Below are positions 51,078-62,123 of a DNA stretch of 64,000 bases, piece by piece; the first letter of the stretch is position 1, and every line of letters begins with the position of its first letter. Source of the stretch: Candidatus Poribacteria bacterium (GTDB lineage: Bacteria > Poribacteria > WGA-4E > WGA-3G); assembly GCA_965242965.1 (NCBI GenBank), contig OZ251518.1, forward strand, positions 5,024,001 through 5,088,000. The letters are read 5' to 3'. Both the position numbers and the translations under genes were made by a program. The notes under the pieces were generated by a model. It had not been told where the DNA came from, searched no databases, and worked only from the letters and a program-made list of their open reading frames with translations.

Positions 51078-51325
51078 CGCGTGCCCGTAGCGCGAGGGCC
51101 TGTCCCTCGCGATCGCCCGCATGGCGGGAGACAGGCCCCCGCCCTACGTTGATAGAAACCTGTCCGCGTGCCCGTAGCGCGAGGGCCTGTCCCTCGCGAT
51201 CGCCCGCATGGCGGGAGACAGGCCCCCGCCCTACGTTAATAGAAATCTGTCCGCGTACCCGGGGCGCGAGGGCCTGTCCCTCGCGATCGCCCGCATGGTG
51301 GGGGACAGGCCCCCGCCCTACGTTC
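51078..51325. repeat. Three tandem ~87-bp REP doublets between the HicB-like genes
   Basis: Each unit is CGTAGCGCGAGGGCCTGTCCCTCGCGATCGCCCGCATGGCGGGAGACAGGCCCCCGCCCTACG, with variants in the third unit. Confidence 0.9.
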
Positions 51326-51344
51326 CAAAGACGTTATCCATCTG

Positions 51345-51536
51345 TCACACGATGGATGTTGTTTGTTTTGCTTGCTGCGCGTCATAGTCCAAGATATCAA
51401 GAAGCGCGGATTGCAGACTTTCCAATAGTTCTTCGCGCGTCCGTTCTTGGCAATTCACGCCAGATATTTCACGGATCCATCCAATCCACCATTCGCCGGT
51501 GTATTGGATTTGCGCGGTATAATGTGACATTTCCAA
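51345..51536 (-). CDS. HicB-like antitoxin (short second copy)
   Basis: YTAQIQYTGEWWIGWIREISGVNCQERTREELLESL; GAGGAG RBS. Confidence 0.75.
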   Translation of the reverse strand: MEMSHYTAQIQYTGEWWIGWIREISGVNCQERTREELLESLQSALLDILDYDAQQAKQTTSIV

Positions 51537-51596
51537 TCTCCTCTGTTAGTTCGTGAAATTATTATCATATAAATGCACGGTTTTGTCCAATTTAAA

Positions 51597-52045
51597 TGAG
51601 AGTGTTTCATATCTCGTTGTTGTCAAAATGGTTTCGTGATACCCTGAACGCTTCCGTTTCCCCGGTAGGAGAGCCCGCCTGGTCTCGATGCAACCTCCCC
51701 GTAGGAGAGCCCTCCTGGTCTCGACACGCCGGTAGGCATTGGGCCCACCTCTGTAGTTCGGGATCGCCTGATCCCGAACGGGTCAAGATCAGGCGATCTT
51801 GATCTACAGGGCCTGGCGCACACACGATGGCGAGGGACAGGCCCTCGCCCTACGTGAAGGGCAGCGTTTTTTTTCGTAGTGCGGGAGGCTGCCCCCGCGA
51901 GCGTTGGGATACGCGTGCACGCACGATGGCGGGGGATAGGCCCTCGCCCTACGATAAAATCGAGACCAGGAGGTCTCTCCTACGGGGACATCGCTTGCAC
52001 CGAGACCTGGACGGCGCGCCGACACGGATTTATGAAACACCCTCA
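51597..52045. mobile_element. MITE-like TIR-bounded REP container with mismatched flanks
   Basis: TGAGAGTGTTTCATA...TTATGAAACACCCTCA; flanks TTTAAA vs GGTAAC. Confidence 0.78.
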
Positions 52046-52110
52046 GGTAACCAATAAACATGATAATTCAATTATCGCATTAATTGCGCAATTTTGTCAA
52101 GTTAAAAATG

Positions 52111-53283
52111 TCAAACCCGCACGCCGAGTGCAAACGCATCAATCGCCTGCCGGATATCCGCATCTCTATGCGATGCCATCACCGTAACGCGCAAGCGGCT
52201 TGTCCCCGATGGCACAGCCGGCGGCCGAATCGCCGGGGCAAATACGCCTGCCGAAAACAACGTCTCCGCAACTTGCACTGCGCGCTGCGGCGTGCCAAGC
52301 ACCACAGGTAAGATTTGCGTTTCACTCGGCAGGAGTTCAAACCCTAACGCCACTAATGCAGTTTTAAGGTGTTTCGCGTGCGAAAGTAGGCGGCACCGCA
52401 ACTCTGGCGTGGAACGCATTACGTCTAGTGCAGCTATCGCGGCGGCTAATGTCGCGGGCGGGAGCCCTGTCGTGAAGATGAAGCCGCGTGCCCGGTTAAT
52501 GAGCAACTCAATTAAGGCAGTGCTTCCCGCTATATAGCCGCCAAGTCCGCCGATTGCCTTGCTGAGCGTGCCCATCTGGATAAGGAACTTTTCCTGTTGC
52601 AACCCGAAATGTTCAACGGTGCCGCCGCCATGTTCGCCTAAAACACCGAACCCGTGCGCGTCATCTACCAATACCATCGCATTATGTTGCGCGGCGACTT
52701 CGCAAATATCGGGCAGCGGCGCGATGTCGCCATCCATGCTGAAAACGCCATCGGTGATAATCAACCGTCGCTGAAAGCCCGCGGCTGCCGCCAATAATTC
52801 CTTCAGATGCGCGACATCGCAATGCCGATAGACTTGCTTCGTGGCGCGGCTGAGTCGGCATCCGTCTATGATACTCGCGTGGTTGAGTGCATCGCTCAAA
52901 ATCAAGTCGCCTTCGCCGGCAAGCACTGGGATAGTGCCGGTATTGGCGGCGTAACCTGAACTGAAGACGAGAGCCGCCTCCGTGCCTTTCGCCTGTGCGA
53001 GGGCGGCTTCCAGCGTCGCATAGAGTTCGCTGTTCCCGGAAATGAGGCGTGAGCCGCTCGCACCTGTGCCGAATGCAAGCGTCGCCTCCACCGCAGCTTC
53101 CAGCACTTTTGGGTGTGTGCTTAAACCGAGGTAGTTGTTCGAGGCAAGATTGATGACTTCGCGGCCATCAAGGACAATTCTGCCAGTCGGCGCGCTCATC
53201 ACGGCGCGAAGGTGGCGTGATAAACCTGCCTGTTTAAGGGCTGCGTATTCTGCTTCTAACCAATCGTCAGATAGATATGACAC
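52111..53283 (-). CDS. bioF: 8-amino-7-oxononanoate synthase
   Basis: LASNNYLGL, GASGSRLISG, FSSGYAAN, NHASIIDG, VFSMDGD, DDAHG, GTLSKA, IRPP.VP.GTSRLR. Confidence 0.92.
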   Translation of the reverse strand: MSYLSDDWLEAEYAALKQAGLSRHLRAVMSAPTGRIVLDGREVINLASNNYLGLSTHPKVLEAAVEATLAFGTGASGSRLISGNSELYATLEAALAQAKGTEAALVFSSGYAANTGTIPVLAGEGDLILSDALNHASIIDGCRLSRATKQVYRHCDVAHLKELLAAAAGFQRRLIITDGVFSMDGDIAPLPDICEVAAQHNAMVLVDDAHGFGVLGEHGGGTVEHFGLQQEKFLIQMGTLSKAIGGLGGYIAGSTALIELLINRARGFIFTTGLPPATLAAAIAALDVMRSTPELRCRLLSHAKHLKTALVALGFELLPSETQILPVVLGTPQRAVQVAETLFSAGVFAPAIRPPAVPSGTSRLRVTVMASHRDADIRQAIDAFALGVRV

Positions 53284-53315
53284 GGTAGTGTTCCTAAAGA
53301 TTCATTTCGTTTAAA

Positions 53316-53612
53316 TGAGGGTGTTTCATAAATCAATGTCTTCCCGGTAGGAGAGACCTCCCGGTCTCGATGCAATAGGGCGGCGCGCCTACTGGGGCAG
53401 CGGCGGCAGAAAGCCCCTTGAAAAAACGTCTCTTAGGTCCGTAGGACCTAAAACGCCATTTCTTGCCGATGGCGATCGCGGGGGACAGGCCCCCGCGCTA
53501 CGATAAAAAACGGTTCTTGAGCCATCGCGGAGGACAGACCTCCGCGATACGGGAACATCGAGACCGGGAGGTCTCTCCTACCGGGAAGCCATCGAGATAT
53601 GAAATACCCTCA
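53316..53612. mobile_element. MITE-like TIR-bounded REP container (~55-bp inverted ends)
   Basis: TTTAAA|TGAGGGTGTTTCATA...TATGAAATACCCTCA|TCTAAA. Confidence 0.82.
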
Positions 53613-53765
53613 TCTAAATGGTGAAGTCTTGACAACAAGACTGCATGCTAAAACAACGCCTATTAAACCACCGCTAGGCAATACAAAAATTTTATTTCAA
53701 AACTAATGAAAATATGATATAATTTTTTTTAGCAATAAACAAGGAAAAGTGGAGGAGAGCGAACC

Positions 53766-54605
53766 ATGACACCTGAACAACGCTATCTGTTTGACGTGAC
53801 AGGTTACCTGCACATCGAAAACGCTGTCACCGGCGATGCATTGAAGGAAGCGCAGGCGGCTGTTGACAGATATATCCATACACCGATTGACGCGAGACCG
53901 GCGGGGTTCACCACGCGTCCGCGCGACTTGGAACCCGGCAAAGGCGGTAGATACGAGCACGGCTTCGCCTTCGACCGGGCATTGGAGGCGATGACGGTGC
54001 ATCCCGCTATCTGGCCCCTCGTCAAGGAATTCACCTTTGATAAACCGAGATTCGTCACCGGCACGCTCACGCTGGAACAGCACAATCCGGATAGACAACC
54101 GATGGGGACGAATCCGGCCGGGCTGCACTGCGCACGCGAGGGACGACACTGGACAACACGATATGAGATTAAAGATGGCAGCATCTACTGCAACGATTTC
54201 GTCGCCTTCTTTTATCTCACCGATGTCCATCCCGGCGATGGCGGGCTCATCGTAATTCCGGGTTCGCATAAGAGTCAGTTTGAACGCCCGGAGGAACTTC
54301 TTACACCCGGGCCCGACGGCATCGATCCGGAGCCCGATGATGTCTTTACTAACATCACGCCGAAGGCAGGCGATTTTGTTGTCATTTCCGAGCTCCTAAC
54401 GCACGGAGTCTTGCAGTGGAGACCGGGGGACAGGGACAGACGCTTCCTCATCTTGCGGTATCGTCCGCAGTACGACGGCAAACCGAGTTTGCCGGACGCA
54501 ATCATCGAGCGGTTATCACCGGAGGTTCAGGAATTGGTGCAGACTGCGTCGTATCAACACACGAAGGAAATTGTGAAACGAGATGTCGTGACGTTGACAG
54601 GTTAA
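53766..54605 (+). CDS. Phytanoyl-CoA dioxygenase (PhyH) family protein
   Basis: MTPEQRYLFDVTGYL, LH, YLTDV.PGDGGL.VIPGSHKS, AGD.....E.LTHG. Confidence 0.9.
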   Translation: MTPEQRYLFDVTGYLHIENAVTGDALKEAQAAVDRYIHTPIDARPAGFTTRPRDLEPGKGGRYEHGFAFDRALEAMTVHPAIWPLVKEFTFDKPRFVTGTLTLEQHNPDRQPMGTNPAGLHCAREGRHWTTRYEIKDGSIYCNDFVAFFYLTDVHPGDGGLIVIPGSHKSQFERPEELLTPGPDGIDPEPDDVFTNITPKAGDFVVISELLTHGVLQWRPGDRDRRFLILRYRPQYDGKPSLPDAIIERLSPEVQELVQTASYQHTKEIVKRDVVTLTG

Positions 54606-54612
54606 CTAGTTT

Positions 54613-54712
54613 CCGTAGTGCGAGGGCCTGTCCCTCTTTTTCGTAGCGCGAGGGCCTGTCCCTCGCGAAGCCAGACGAATTTCCGTAGCGCGAGGGCCTG
54701 TCCCTCGCGAAC
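54613..54712. repeat. Three REP-like hairpins
   Basis: CGTAG(C/T)GCGAGGGCCTGTCCCTC x3. Confidence 0.85.
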
Positions 54713-54743
54713 GCTACGCGTTTAAACAAATGGAGAAAATCCC

Positions 54744-55787
54744 ATGGCTACCCCTGAATACCGCGTCTGTATCGTCGGCTGCGGCCGGATGGGCGGCACG
54801 ATTGACGAAGAAGTCCGCGCCACGCCGCACGGTGCTTTACCTTACTCGCATGCCGCAGGCTACACCGCATGTGAACGGACAACCATCGTCGCAGCGGCGG
54901 ATGTCGTCCAAGAAAAGGCGAAATATGTCTGTGACAAGTGGGACATCCCCAAACTTTATCTGGACTATCGCGAGATGATAGCGCGAGAGAAACCGGATAT
55001 CGTCAGCATCGCCACGCGCCCGGGGAATCACGCCGAGATTACGCATTTCGCTGCCGAAAACGGCGTGAAAGGCATTTATTGCGACAAACCGCTCTGTGCT
55101 TCAATGGCGGAAGCGGATGCGATGGTGACAGTGTGCGAAAAGTATAATGTCAAGTTCAACCTCGGCACGCAACGCCGTTTCACGCCGGGTTACCTCAAAA
55201 TGCGCGAGATTCTTGAGAGTGGGCAGCTCGGTGAACGGCGCGCGGTTATCGCCTATTCCGGGGGTGCCGCGCTCTGGGGATACACGCACGCCGCCGATAT
55301 GCTCCTTTTTTTAGCGAGCGATTCGCCGATTGATTACGTGCAGGGAAACGTCGCCGTTGACGATGCAGATTTTGACGACAACCGCACCGAAGCAGACCCG
55401 GGCATTGTGATGGGATTTGTCCAATTTCAGAACGGTATCCGCGGTATCAGCATTCCCGGTACCGCTTATGAATTTGAGGTGAATTGTAGCGAAGGCACAG
55501 TGCGTTCACTCAACAACGGACTTGACTTCCAACTCCGCAAACGGCAGGGACAATTCAGTGAGATTTTAGACGCGCCATTCCCGCATTTTGAACGGAAAAG
55601 CGGCACCGTCGGCTGCATCGAGGACATCATTGAGGCGATTGAGACGGATACCGAGACGCTGGGGAATATCCATCTCGCGCATCGAAGCACCGAGATGGTG
55701 TTCGCTATCGTGGACTCGCAACGTCAAAACGGCGCGCGGGTGCAACTGCCGATGAAAAACCGGGAACTCTATCTCGGAAGGTGGTGA
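54744..55787 (+). CDS. Gfo/Idh/MocA oxidoreductase
   Basis: IVGCGRMG, PDIVSIAT...H, GIYCDKPL. Confidence 0.9.
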   Translation: MATPEYRVCIVGCGRMGGTIDEEVRATPHGALPYSHAAGYTACERTTIVAAADVVQEKAKYVCDKWDIPKLYLDYREMIAREKPDIVSIATRPGNHAEITHFAAENGVKGIYCDKPLCASMAEADAMVTVCEKYNVKFNLGTQRRFTPGYLKMREILESGQLGERRAVIAYSGGAALWGYTHAADMLLFLASDSPIDYVQGNVAVDDADFDDNRTEADPGIVMGFVQFQNGIRGISIPGTAYEFEVNCSEGTVRSLNNGLDFQLRKRQGQFSEILDAPFPHFERKSGTVGCIEDIIEAIETDTETLGNIHLAHRSTEMVFAIVDSQRQNGARVQLPMKNRELYLGRW

Positions 55788-55792
55788 AACTG

Positions 55793-56533
55793 ATGTTCAG
55801 GAAACCCAATATTTTCGCTGGCATCGCGGGCGTGGTTCTCTTATTGAGTTACGTCGCGAGCGCGCTTCCCGAACGTCCCGCGAGCACGCGGTATGAGCAG
55901 CGCTCGCCAAGCCGTGATGGCATCGGGAAATTTTACATGGGACGTGAAATCTCGCAGGTGATGGGGCACCTCGGCGCGGGATGGCTTGAACGTCCCGAAC
56001 GCGAACGCGAAGAGATGCCGAATCGCCTCATAAAATTGCTGAACCTTAAACCGGGCGATGTCGTGGCTGATATCGGTGTCGGCACCGGTTACATCGCCCG
56101 GCGCATCGCACCGAAAATTGGCGACGAAGGCATCGTCTACGGCGTTGACATTCAGCAGGAGATGCTGGATTTGCTCGCCGAACAAATGGCAGCGGCTGGC
56201 ATCACGAACGTCAAAGGCGTGCTAGGAACTATCACAGATCCGAAGTTACCGGAGAATTCGGTAGATGTGGCAATTATGGTAGATGTCTACCACGAATTCT
56301 CGCATCCGTATGAAATGATGCAGCACATCTGTCGCGCGCTGAAAACGGGCGGCCGCGTCGTCTTCGTGGAATACCGCGCGGAGGACGATACCGTGCCGAT
56401 TAAGCGGCTCCACAAAATGAGTGAGCTGCAGGTAATCAAGGAGGCAACGCCGCATCCGCTAGTCTGGGTGGATACGCACGATGATTTACCGTGGCAGCAC
56501 GTTATCGTTTTTGAGAAAATTGATGAACAGTAA
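55793..56533 (+). CDS. Exported class I SAM-dependent methyltransferase
   Basis: YMGREISQVMGH.GAGWLERPERE.EE, VADIGVGTGY, MVDVYHEFSHP. Confidence 0.88.
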   Translation: MFRKPNIFAGIAGVVLLLSYVASALPERPASTRYEQRSPSRDGIGKFYMGREISQVMGHLGAGWLERPEREREEMPNRLIKLLNLKPGDVVADIGVGTGYIARRIAPKIGDEGIVYGVDIQQEMLDLLAEQMAAAGITNVKGVLGTITDPKLPENSVDVAIMVDVYHEFSHPYEMMQHICRALKTGGRVVFVEYRAEDDTVPIKRLHKMSELQVIKEATPHPLVWVDTHDDLPWQHVIVFEKIDEQ

Positions 56534-56547
56534 TGTCAAAAAAATGT

Positions 56548-56576
56548 TTGACAAAAAATCCGCATTTGCGTAAAAT
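56548..56576 (+). promoter_or_regulatory. sigma70-like promoter
   Basis: TTGACA-17bp-TAAAAT. Confidence 0.65.
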
Positions 56577-56628
56577 GTAGAATCACGCGAAAACGTTTGG
56601 CTCATTGAGAAAATAGGAGAGAGTTATC

Positions 56629-59600
56629 GTGAACATTGCTAAAAACACCGTTCCACTACTACTCGCGTTGGTGTGCTGCCTCGCCATCTTACCGATGGCA
56701 TCCGCTGAACCCGGCAGACAACCCGCGCAAGCGGAACTGAATTACAACCTTGACATCCGTCCGATTCTCGCAGATAACTGCTATGCTTGTCACGGGCCGG
56801 ACGAAAAAGCCCGGCAAGCAGAACTGCGGCTGGATACGAAAGCAGGCGCGTTCTCGGAACCGAGCGGGTATCCGATAATCGTCCCCGGAAACCCGGATGA
56901 GAGTGAACTCTATCGGCGCATCATCTCTGAAGATGACAATTATCGGATGCCGCCGGCAGATTTCAATAAGACGCTCACGCCCGAGCAAGTAGAGACGCTC
57001 GCGCAGTGGATACGCGAAGGCGCAACATGGGCGGAACACTGGGCATTCACAACACCGACGCGCCCAACGCCGCCGACTGTCAAAAATGGAGACTGGGTGC
57101 GTAATCCCATCGATGCGTTCATCCTCGCGCGGTTAGAAGCAAACGGATTAACGCCCGCGCAAGAAGCTGACAAGCGGACGCTCATCCGACGGCTCAGCTT
57201 CGATCTCACCGGTTTACCGCCGACGCGTGAAGAGGTGCATCAGTTCCTCGCAGACGATTCTCCCGAGGCGTATGAAAAACTCATCGATGCCTTCATGGCG
57301 AAGCCTGAATACGGCGAACATACCGCTCGGTTCTGGCTCGATGCGGCGCGCTATGGCGATACGCACGGACTGCATCTGGATAACTACCGCGAAATGTGGC
57401 CCTATCGAGACTGGGTAATCGATGCCTTCAACGCTAATATGCCGTTCGATCAGTTCACAACTGAGCAGCTCGCAGGCGATTTGCTGACTGAACCGACGCT
57501 TGAACAGCGCATCGCCACCGGCTTCAATCGATGCCACGTCACCACGAGCGAAGGGGGTTCGATTGACGAGGAATACTACGTCCGATACGCCGTAGATAGG
57601 GCGAATACGACTGGCACTGTTTGGATGGGGTTGACCGTCGGATGCGCACAATGCCATGACCACAAGTATGACCCGATTACGCAGAAGGAGTTCTATCAAC
57701 TCTACGCGTATTTCAACAACATCACCGAAAATGCGATGGATGGCAACCGCAAGGATTCACCGCCTGTCGTGAAATTGCCGACACCCGAGCAGGAAGAAGA
57801 ACTCGCCGCGTTTGACGCGCAAATCGGTGAACTAGATGCACAGACGAAGGCACCTCTCCCCGGTGTTGATGCAACGCAAATCGCTTGGGAAAATAGGATG
57901 CCGCGCTGGACGCTCCTGAAACCTGCCGAGATGCACTCAAAAGGCGGCGCGACGTTGGAGCTGCTTGAGGATAATTCTATCCTCGTCAGCGGCACGAACC
58001 CGGAACAGGAAGTTTATGAAATCGTCGCGGAGTTGCCTTCCGGAAGCCAATGGAGTGCGATTCGGTTAGAAGGCATCACGCACAAATCTCTGCCGAAAGG
58101 CGGCGTTGGCAGAAGCGATAATAGCAACGTCGTCCTCACCGATTTTTCACTGGAAATCGCCACGGCGGCTCCAACAACAAATACGGAGGCTGACGTAGAA
58201 ACCGAAGAACCGGAGGCTGACGTAGAAACTGAAGAAATAGAGGCTGACGTAGAAGCCGAAGAGATGGAGGCTGACGTAGAAGCGGAAGAAACGTGGACAC
58301 CGATTCCGATAGTGCATGCCTGGGCAGACCACGAGCAGGCCGGCGGGGACTTTGCCGTCGCAAACGCGATTGACGACAAACCGGAAACGGGATGGGCTCT
58401 GGACAGACGACAGGCAAATCGACAGGCAATCTTCCTCGTTGCAACACCCTTTGGAAAGGAAGGCGGCACATTGAAGATGCGCCTCAAGCACGAGTATGAC
58501 TTGCGGCACAAGCAGTTCGGCAGATTCCGGCTTGCTGTTACGGACGCGCCGACGATTTATCCGATCGGTTCTAAAATCACGTTGGGAGATTGGCACGCTG
58601 TCGGGCCGTTCACTGCAGAGCACGGCAACATCGCCTTCTATCAAACTTACGAACCTGAAACGAAACCTGTCGGGACAGGCGATAAATTCACCTTCGGTGA
58701 CAAAACCTTGAAGTGGGAAAAGCAGACGCATTGGATTGATGCACAGGTGCATAACGACATCGTCGGTGAAAACAGTGCGACTTATCTCTTTCGGAACATC
58801 AGTTCTGTCACGCAGCAGAAAGCACTCCTGCATATCGGCAGCAACGATGCGCTGAAGGTTTGGTTGAACAACACCGAGGTCTTCGCCAAAAACGTCCAGC
58901 GCGATGCAGCGGCGGACCAGGAACGAATTCAGGTGCAACTCAAACCCGGTAACAATGCTTTGCTCCTCAAGGTTGTCAACTATTCCGGTCCTTCGGGTTT
59001 CTACTTCCGCATTGAAACCGATGCGCCGATGGTGCCGGCGGACATTGTCGATATCGCCGGGGTCGCCCGCGGTGAGCGTGAAGAGACGCAGCAAGCACAG
59101 ATTCGGGACTATTACCGGAATAACGTCACGCAGGATGCCGATTTGAAGGCACTCTTTGCAGCGTTAGCCGATGTGCGGCAAAAACGGAATACGCTGGATG
59201 CTTCGCTGACGACGACGCTCGTCATGCAAGAGCGGACAGAACCCCGCGGGGCTTATGTCTTGGAACGGGGTGAGTATGAACGCCGCGGTGAACAGGTGTA
59301 TCCGCAAACGCCGGCAGTGCTACCGCCGATGGCCGCCGATGCTGCACCGAATCGCCTCTCCCTCGCGGAGTGGTTGCTTTCACCGGAACATCCCCTCACG
59401 GCGCGCGTGACGATTAACCGGTTCTGGCAGAACGTCTTCGGCACGGGCATCGTGAAAACCGCCGAGGACTTTGGCACGCAAGGCATACCGCCGGTGCATC
59501 CGGAACTCTTGGATTGGCTCGCCACCGAATTCATCGCCTCCGGATGGGATGTCCAGCAGATGCTGAAGTTGATGCTGACTTCAGCCACTTATCGGCAGAG

Positions 59601-60303
59601 CGCGCAGGTAACGGCGCGAAAATTGGAATTGGATGCGGATAATCGCCTCCTCTCGCGTGGACCAAGGTATCGGTTTGATGCCGAAACCTTGCGCGATAAC
59701 GCTCTCGCTGTGAGTGGTTTGTTGTATACGCATATCGGCGGACCGAGTGTCAAACCACCACAACCGGATGGACTTTGGGCCGCTGTTGGATTTACCGGTT
59801 CTAATACCGACAAGTTTGTCCAAGATACAGGGGCTGATAAAGTGCATCGCCGGAGTTTCTATACGTTCTGGAAGCGCACCTCACCGCCGCCACAGATGAA
59901 CATCTTGGACGCGCCTTCACGCGAATCCTGCACCGTCAGACGCGAACGCACTAATACGCCGATGCAGGCGTTGATGCTGATGAATGACCCGCAGTATTTT
60001 GAGGCTGCGCGTGCTTTCGCAGAACGTATCCTAAAAGAAGCCGGAACGACATCGCAGGAACGCATCGCCTACGCCTTTGAGATAGCCACGGCGCGACTAC
60101 CGAAATCAGACGAAGAAGCACTGATTCTCGCGATGTTGGAGGCGCAAACGGAAGAACTTGCAGCCAATCCAGAGGCGGCAGAAGAACTCGTCCAAGTTGG
60201 CGAATCGGCACCTGATGAGACTTTAGACGCTGTTGAAGTCGCCGCATGGACGATGATCGCGAACCTGATTCTGAACCTAGATGAAGTGATGAACAAGGGG
60301 TAA
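56629..60303 (+). CDS. PSD1 (DUF1553)/DUF1549 protein with planctomycete cytochrome c domain
   Basis: [61 protein letters not shown]. Confidence 0.93.
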   Translation: MNIAKNTVPLLLALVCCLAILPMASAEPGRQPAQAELNYNLDIRPILADNCYACHGPDEKARQAELRLDTKAGAFSEPSGYPIIVPGNPDESELYRRIISEDDNYRMPPADFNKTLTPEQVETLAQWIREGATWAEHWAFTTPTRPTPPTVKNGDWVRNPIDAFILARLEANGLTPAQEADKRTLIRRLSFDLTGLPPTREEVHQFLADDSPEAYEKLIDAFMAKPEYGEHTARFWLDAARYGDTHGLHLDNYREMWPYRDWVIDAFNANMPFDQFTTEQLAGDLLTEPTLEQRIATGFNRCHVTTSEGGSIDEEYYVRYAVDRANTTGTVWMGLTVGCAQCHDHKYDPITQKEFYQLYAYFNNITENAMDGNRKDSPPVVKLPTPEQEEELAAFDAQIGELDAQTKAPLPGVDATQIAWENRMPRWTLLKPAEMHSKGGATLELLEDNSILVSGTNPEQEVYEIVAELPSGSQWSAIRLEGITHKSLPKGGVGRSDNSNVVLTDFSLEIATAAPTTNTEADVETEEPEADVETEEIEADVEAEEMEADVEAEETWTPIPIVHAWADHEQAGGDFAVANAIDDKPETGWALDRRQANRQAIFLVATPFGKEGGTLKMRLKHEYDLRHKQFGRFRLAVTDAPTIYPIGSKITLGDWHAVGPFTAEHGNIAFYQTYEPETKPVGTGDKFTFGDKTLKWEKQTHWIDAQVHNDIVGENSATYLFRNISSVTQQKALLHIGSNDALKVWLNNTEVFAKNVQRDAAADQERIQVQLKPGNNALLLKVVNYSGPSGFYFRIETDAPMVPADIVDIAGVARGEREETQQAQIRDYYRNNVTQDADLKALFAALADVRQKRNTLDASLTTTLVMQERTEPRGAYVLERGEYERRGEQVYPQTPAVLPPMAADAAPNRLSLAEWLLSPEHPLTARVTINRFWQNVFGTGIVKTAEDFGTQGIPPVHPELLDWLATEFIASGWDVQQMLKLMLTSATYRQSAQVTARKLELDADNRLLSRGPRYRFDAETLRDNALAVSGLLYTHIGGPSVKPPQPDGLWAAVGFTGSNTDKFVQDTGADKVHRRSFYTFWKRTSPPPQMNILDAPSRESCTVRRERTNTPMQALMLMNDPQYFEAARAFAERILKEAGTTSQERIAYAFEIATARLPKSDEEALILAMLEAQTEELAANPEAAEELVQVGESAPDETLDAVEVAAWTMIANLILNLDEVMNKG
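58184..58290 (+). repeat. 24-bp coding tandem repeat x4 (EADVE(T/A)EE)
   Basis: GAGGCTGACGTAGAA recurs every 24 bp. Confidence 0.9.
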
Positions 60304-60446
60304 GCCTTAATCGAGACCGGGAGGTCTCGCCTACCGGTATTCGGATGAAAATCACGTGCAGTAGGCGGGACATCCTTGTCCCGAACGCATCGCGACCGGG
60401 AGGGCCCGCCTACGGAGATGGATTTGGTATTACGGGGGTAACATCC

Positions 60447-61928
60447 ATGGATCCGATTAAAGAATATCTAAAACTAGAAACGCGCCGCCAATTTTTTGGC
60501 AAATGCGCGACAGGGCTCGGCGGCGCGGCACTCGCTACACTGCTGCCGAACACCGTTGTGAACGCGCTTGAAAGCCATGCTGCTGCACCACGCTTCGGTG
60601 GGTTGCCGGAGCTGCCGCACTTTGCGCCGAAGGCGAAGCGCGCGATTTACCTTTTCATGTCCGGCGCACCCTCACAACTCGACCTGTTTGACTACAAGCC
60701 GAAAATGGGGGAATGGTTTGACACAGATCTGCCGGAGTCTATCCGCATGGGGCAACGCCTCACAACGATGACATCGGGACAAGATAAGTTCCCCATCGCG
60801 CCGTCTATCTTTGAATTCAAGAAGTATGATAACGGCGGCGACGGAGTCTGGCTGAGCGAGTTGCTGCCGCATACCGCCACGATGGTGAAAGATTTGGCGT
60901 TCATCAAAACGGTGCATACGGAGGCGATTAATCATGACCCGGCCATCACCTATATTTGCACGGGTGACGAGAGTCCGGGGAAACCGAGCCTCGGCGCGTG
61001 GCTGAGTTATGGGCTCGGCAGTGAAAACCGCAACTTACCCGCCTTCATTGTGATGAACGCGACCTGGTCTGGGCCAAAGGGCGCGCAGGCACTCTACAAC
61101 CGCTTGTGGGGCTCTGGATTCCTGCCTTCTGAACACCAAGGCGTGTTACTCCGCAGCCACGGCGACCCGGTGCTATTTCTCTCAAACCCGAAAGGTGTCA
61201 GTGAGAATGCTCGGAAGCGGATGCTGGATGCCCTCGTGGACTTGAACCAGAAACTCTATGAGGAAGTAGGAGACCCGGAGACGCATGCGCGCATTTCGCA
61301 GTATGAAATGGCGTTCCGGATGCAGTCTTCTGTCCCGGAGCTCATCGACCTTAAAGATGAACCGTCAAACGTCTTGGAGATGTATGGGCCCGATGTCCAT
61401 AAACCGGGCACGTTTGCGCATTGCTGTATCCTTGCACGCCGGATGATGGAGCGGGATGTCCGTCTCGTCCAAATTTTCCACCGCGGGTGGGATCAGCACG
61501 GCGACTTGCCCAAGAATATCCGGAATCAGGCACGCGACATCGACCAGCCGTCAACCGCGCTTGTCCAGGACCTGAAACAACGCGGCATGCTGGATGAAAC
61601 GTTAGTCGCCTGGGGTGGCGAATTCGGACGCACGGTTTATTGCCAAGGCAAACTCAGCCGCGATAATTATGGGCGAGACCATCATCCGAAATGCTTCACG
61701 CATTGGATGGCAGGCGGCGGTATCAAAGGCGGAGTCGTTCACGGTGAAACCGACGATTTCAGTTACAACATCGTCCGGGATCCCGTTCACATCCGAGACT
61801 TGAATGCCACGCTTCTGCATCAACTCGGCATCGATCACGAACGCTTAACGTTCAAGTTCCAGGGGCTCGATCATCGGTTGACAGGCGTTGAGGACAAAGC
61901 GCGGATTGTCAGCGAGGTGTTATCATAA
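60447..61928 (+). CDS. DUF1501 domain protein
   Basis: TRRQFF Tat-like signal, [41 protein letters not shown]. Confidence 0.93.
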   Translation: MDPIKEYLKLETRRQFFGKCATGLGGAALATLLPNTVVNALESHAAAPRFGGLPELPHFAPKAKRAIYLFMSGAPSQLDLFDYKPKMGEWFDTDLPESIRMGQRLTTMTSGQDKFPIAPSIFEFKKYDNGGDGVWLSELLPHTATMVKDLAFIKTVHTEAINHDPAITYICTGDESPGKPSLGAWLSYGLGSENRNLPAFIVMNATWSGPKGAQALYNRLWGSGFLPSEHQGVLLRSHGDPVLFLSNPKGVSENARKRMLDALVDLNQKLYEEVGDPETHARISQYEMAFRMQSSVPELIDLKDEPSNVLEMYGPDVHKPGTFAHCCILARRMMERDVRLVQIFHRGWDQHGDLPKNIRNQARDIDQPSTALVQDLKQRGMLDETLVAWGGEFGRTVYCQGKLSRDNYGRDHHPKCFTHWMAGGGIKGGVVHGETDDFSYNIVRDPVHIRDLNATLLHQLGIDHERLTFKFQGLDHRLTGVEDKARIVSEVLS

Positions 61929-62123
61929 ACCTCCGTGGGGGCCCGCAACGGTTTGCACCCTGTCTCGAAAAAGGCGGTAGGCGGTACAAGGGTGTCCCGC
62001 CTACCGAAACTTGCGGGATAAGTCCCCGTAGGAGAGACCTCCTAGTCTCAATTCCCCGTGGGAGTGTCCCGCCTACCGAAACTTGCGGGATAAGAAGATT
62101 CCACATCTTGTAGGGAGATGTAG

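Noticed and set aside
60345-60446. Longer N-terminus for DUF1501 (similarly 39622-39732 for the MTase and 43600-43632 for the desulfhydrase)
   Set aside because: The extensions run through repeat or TIR sequence; downstream starts fit the family N-termini.
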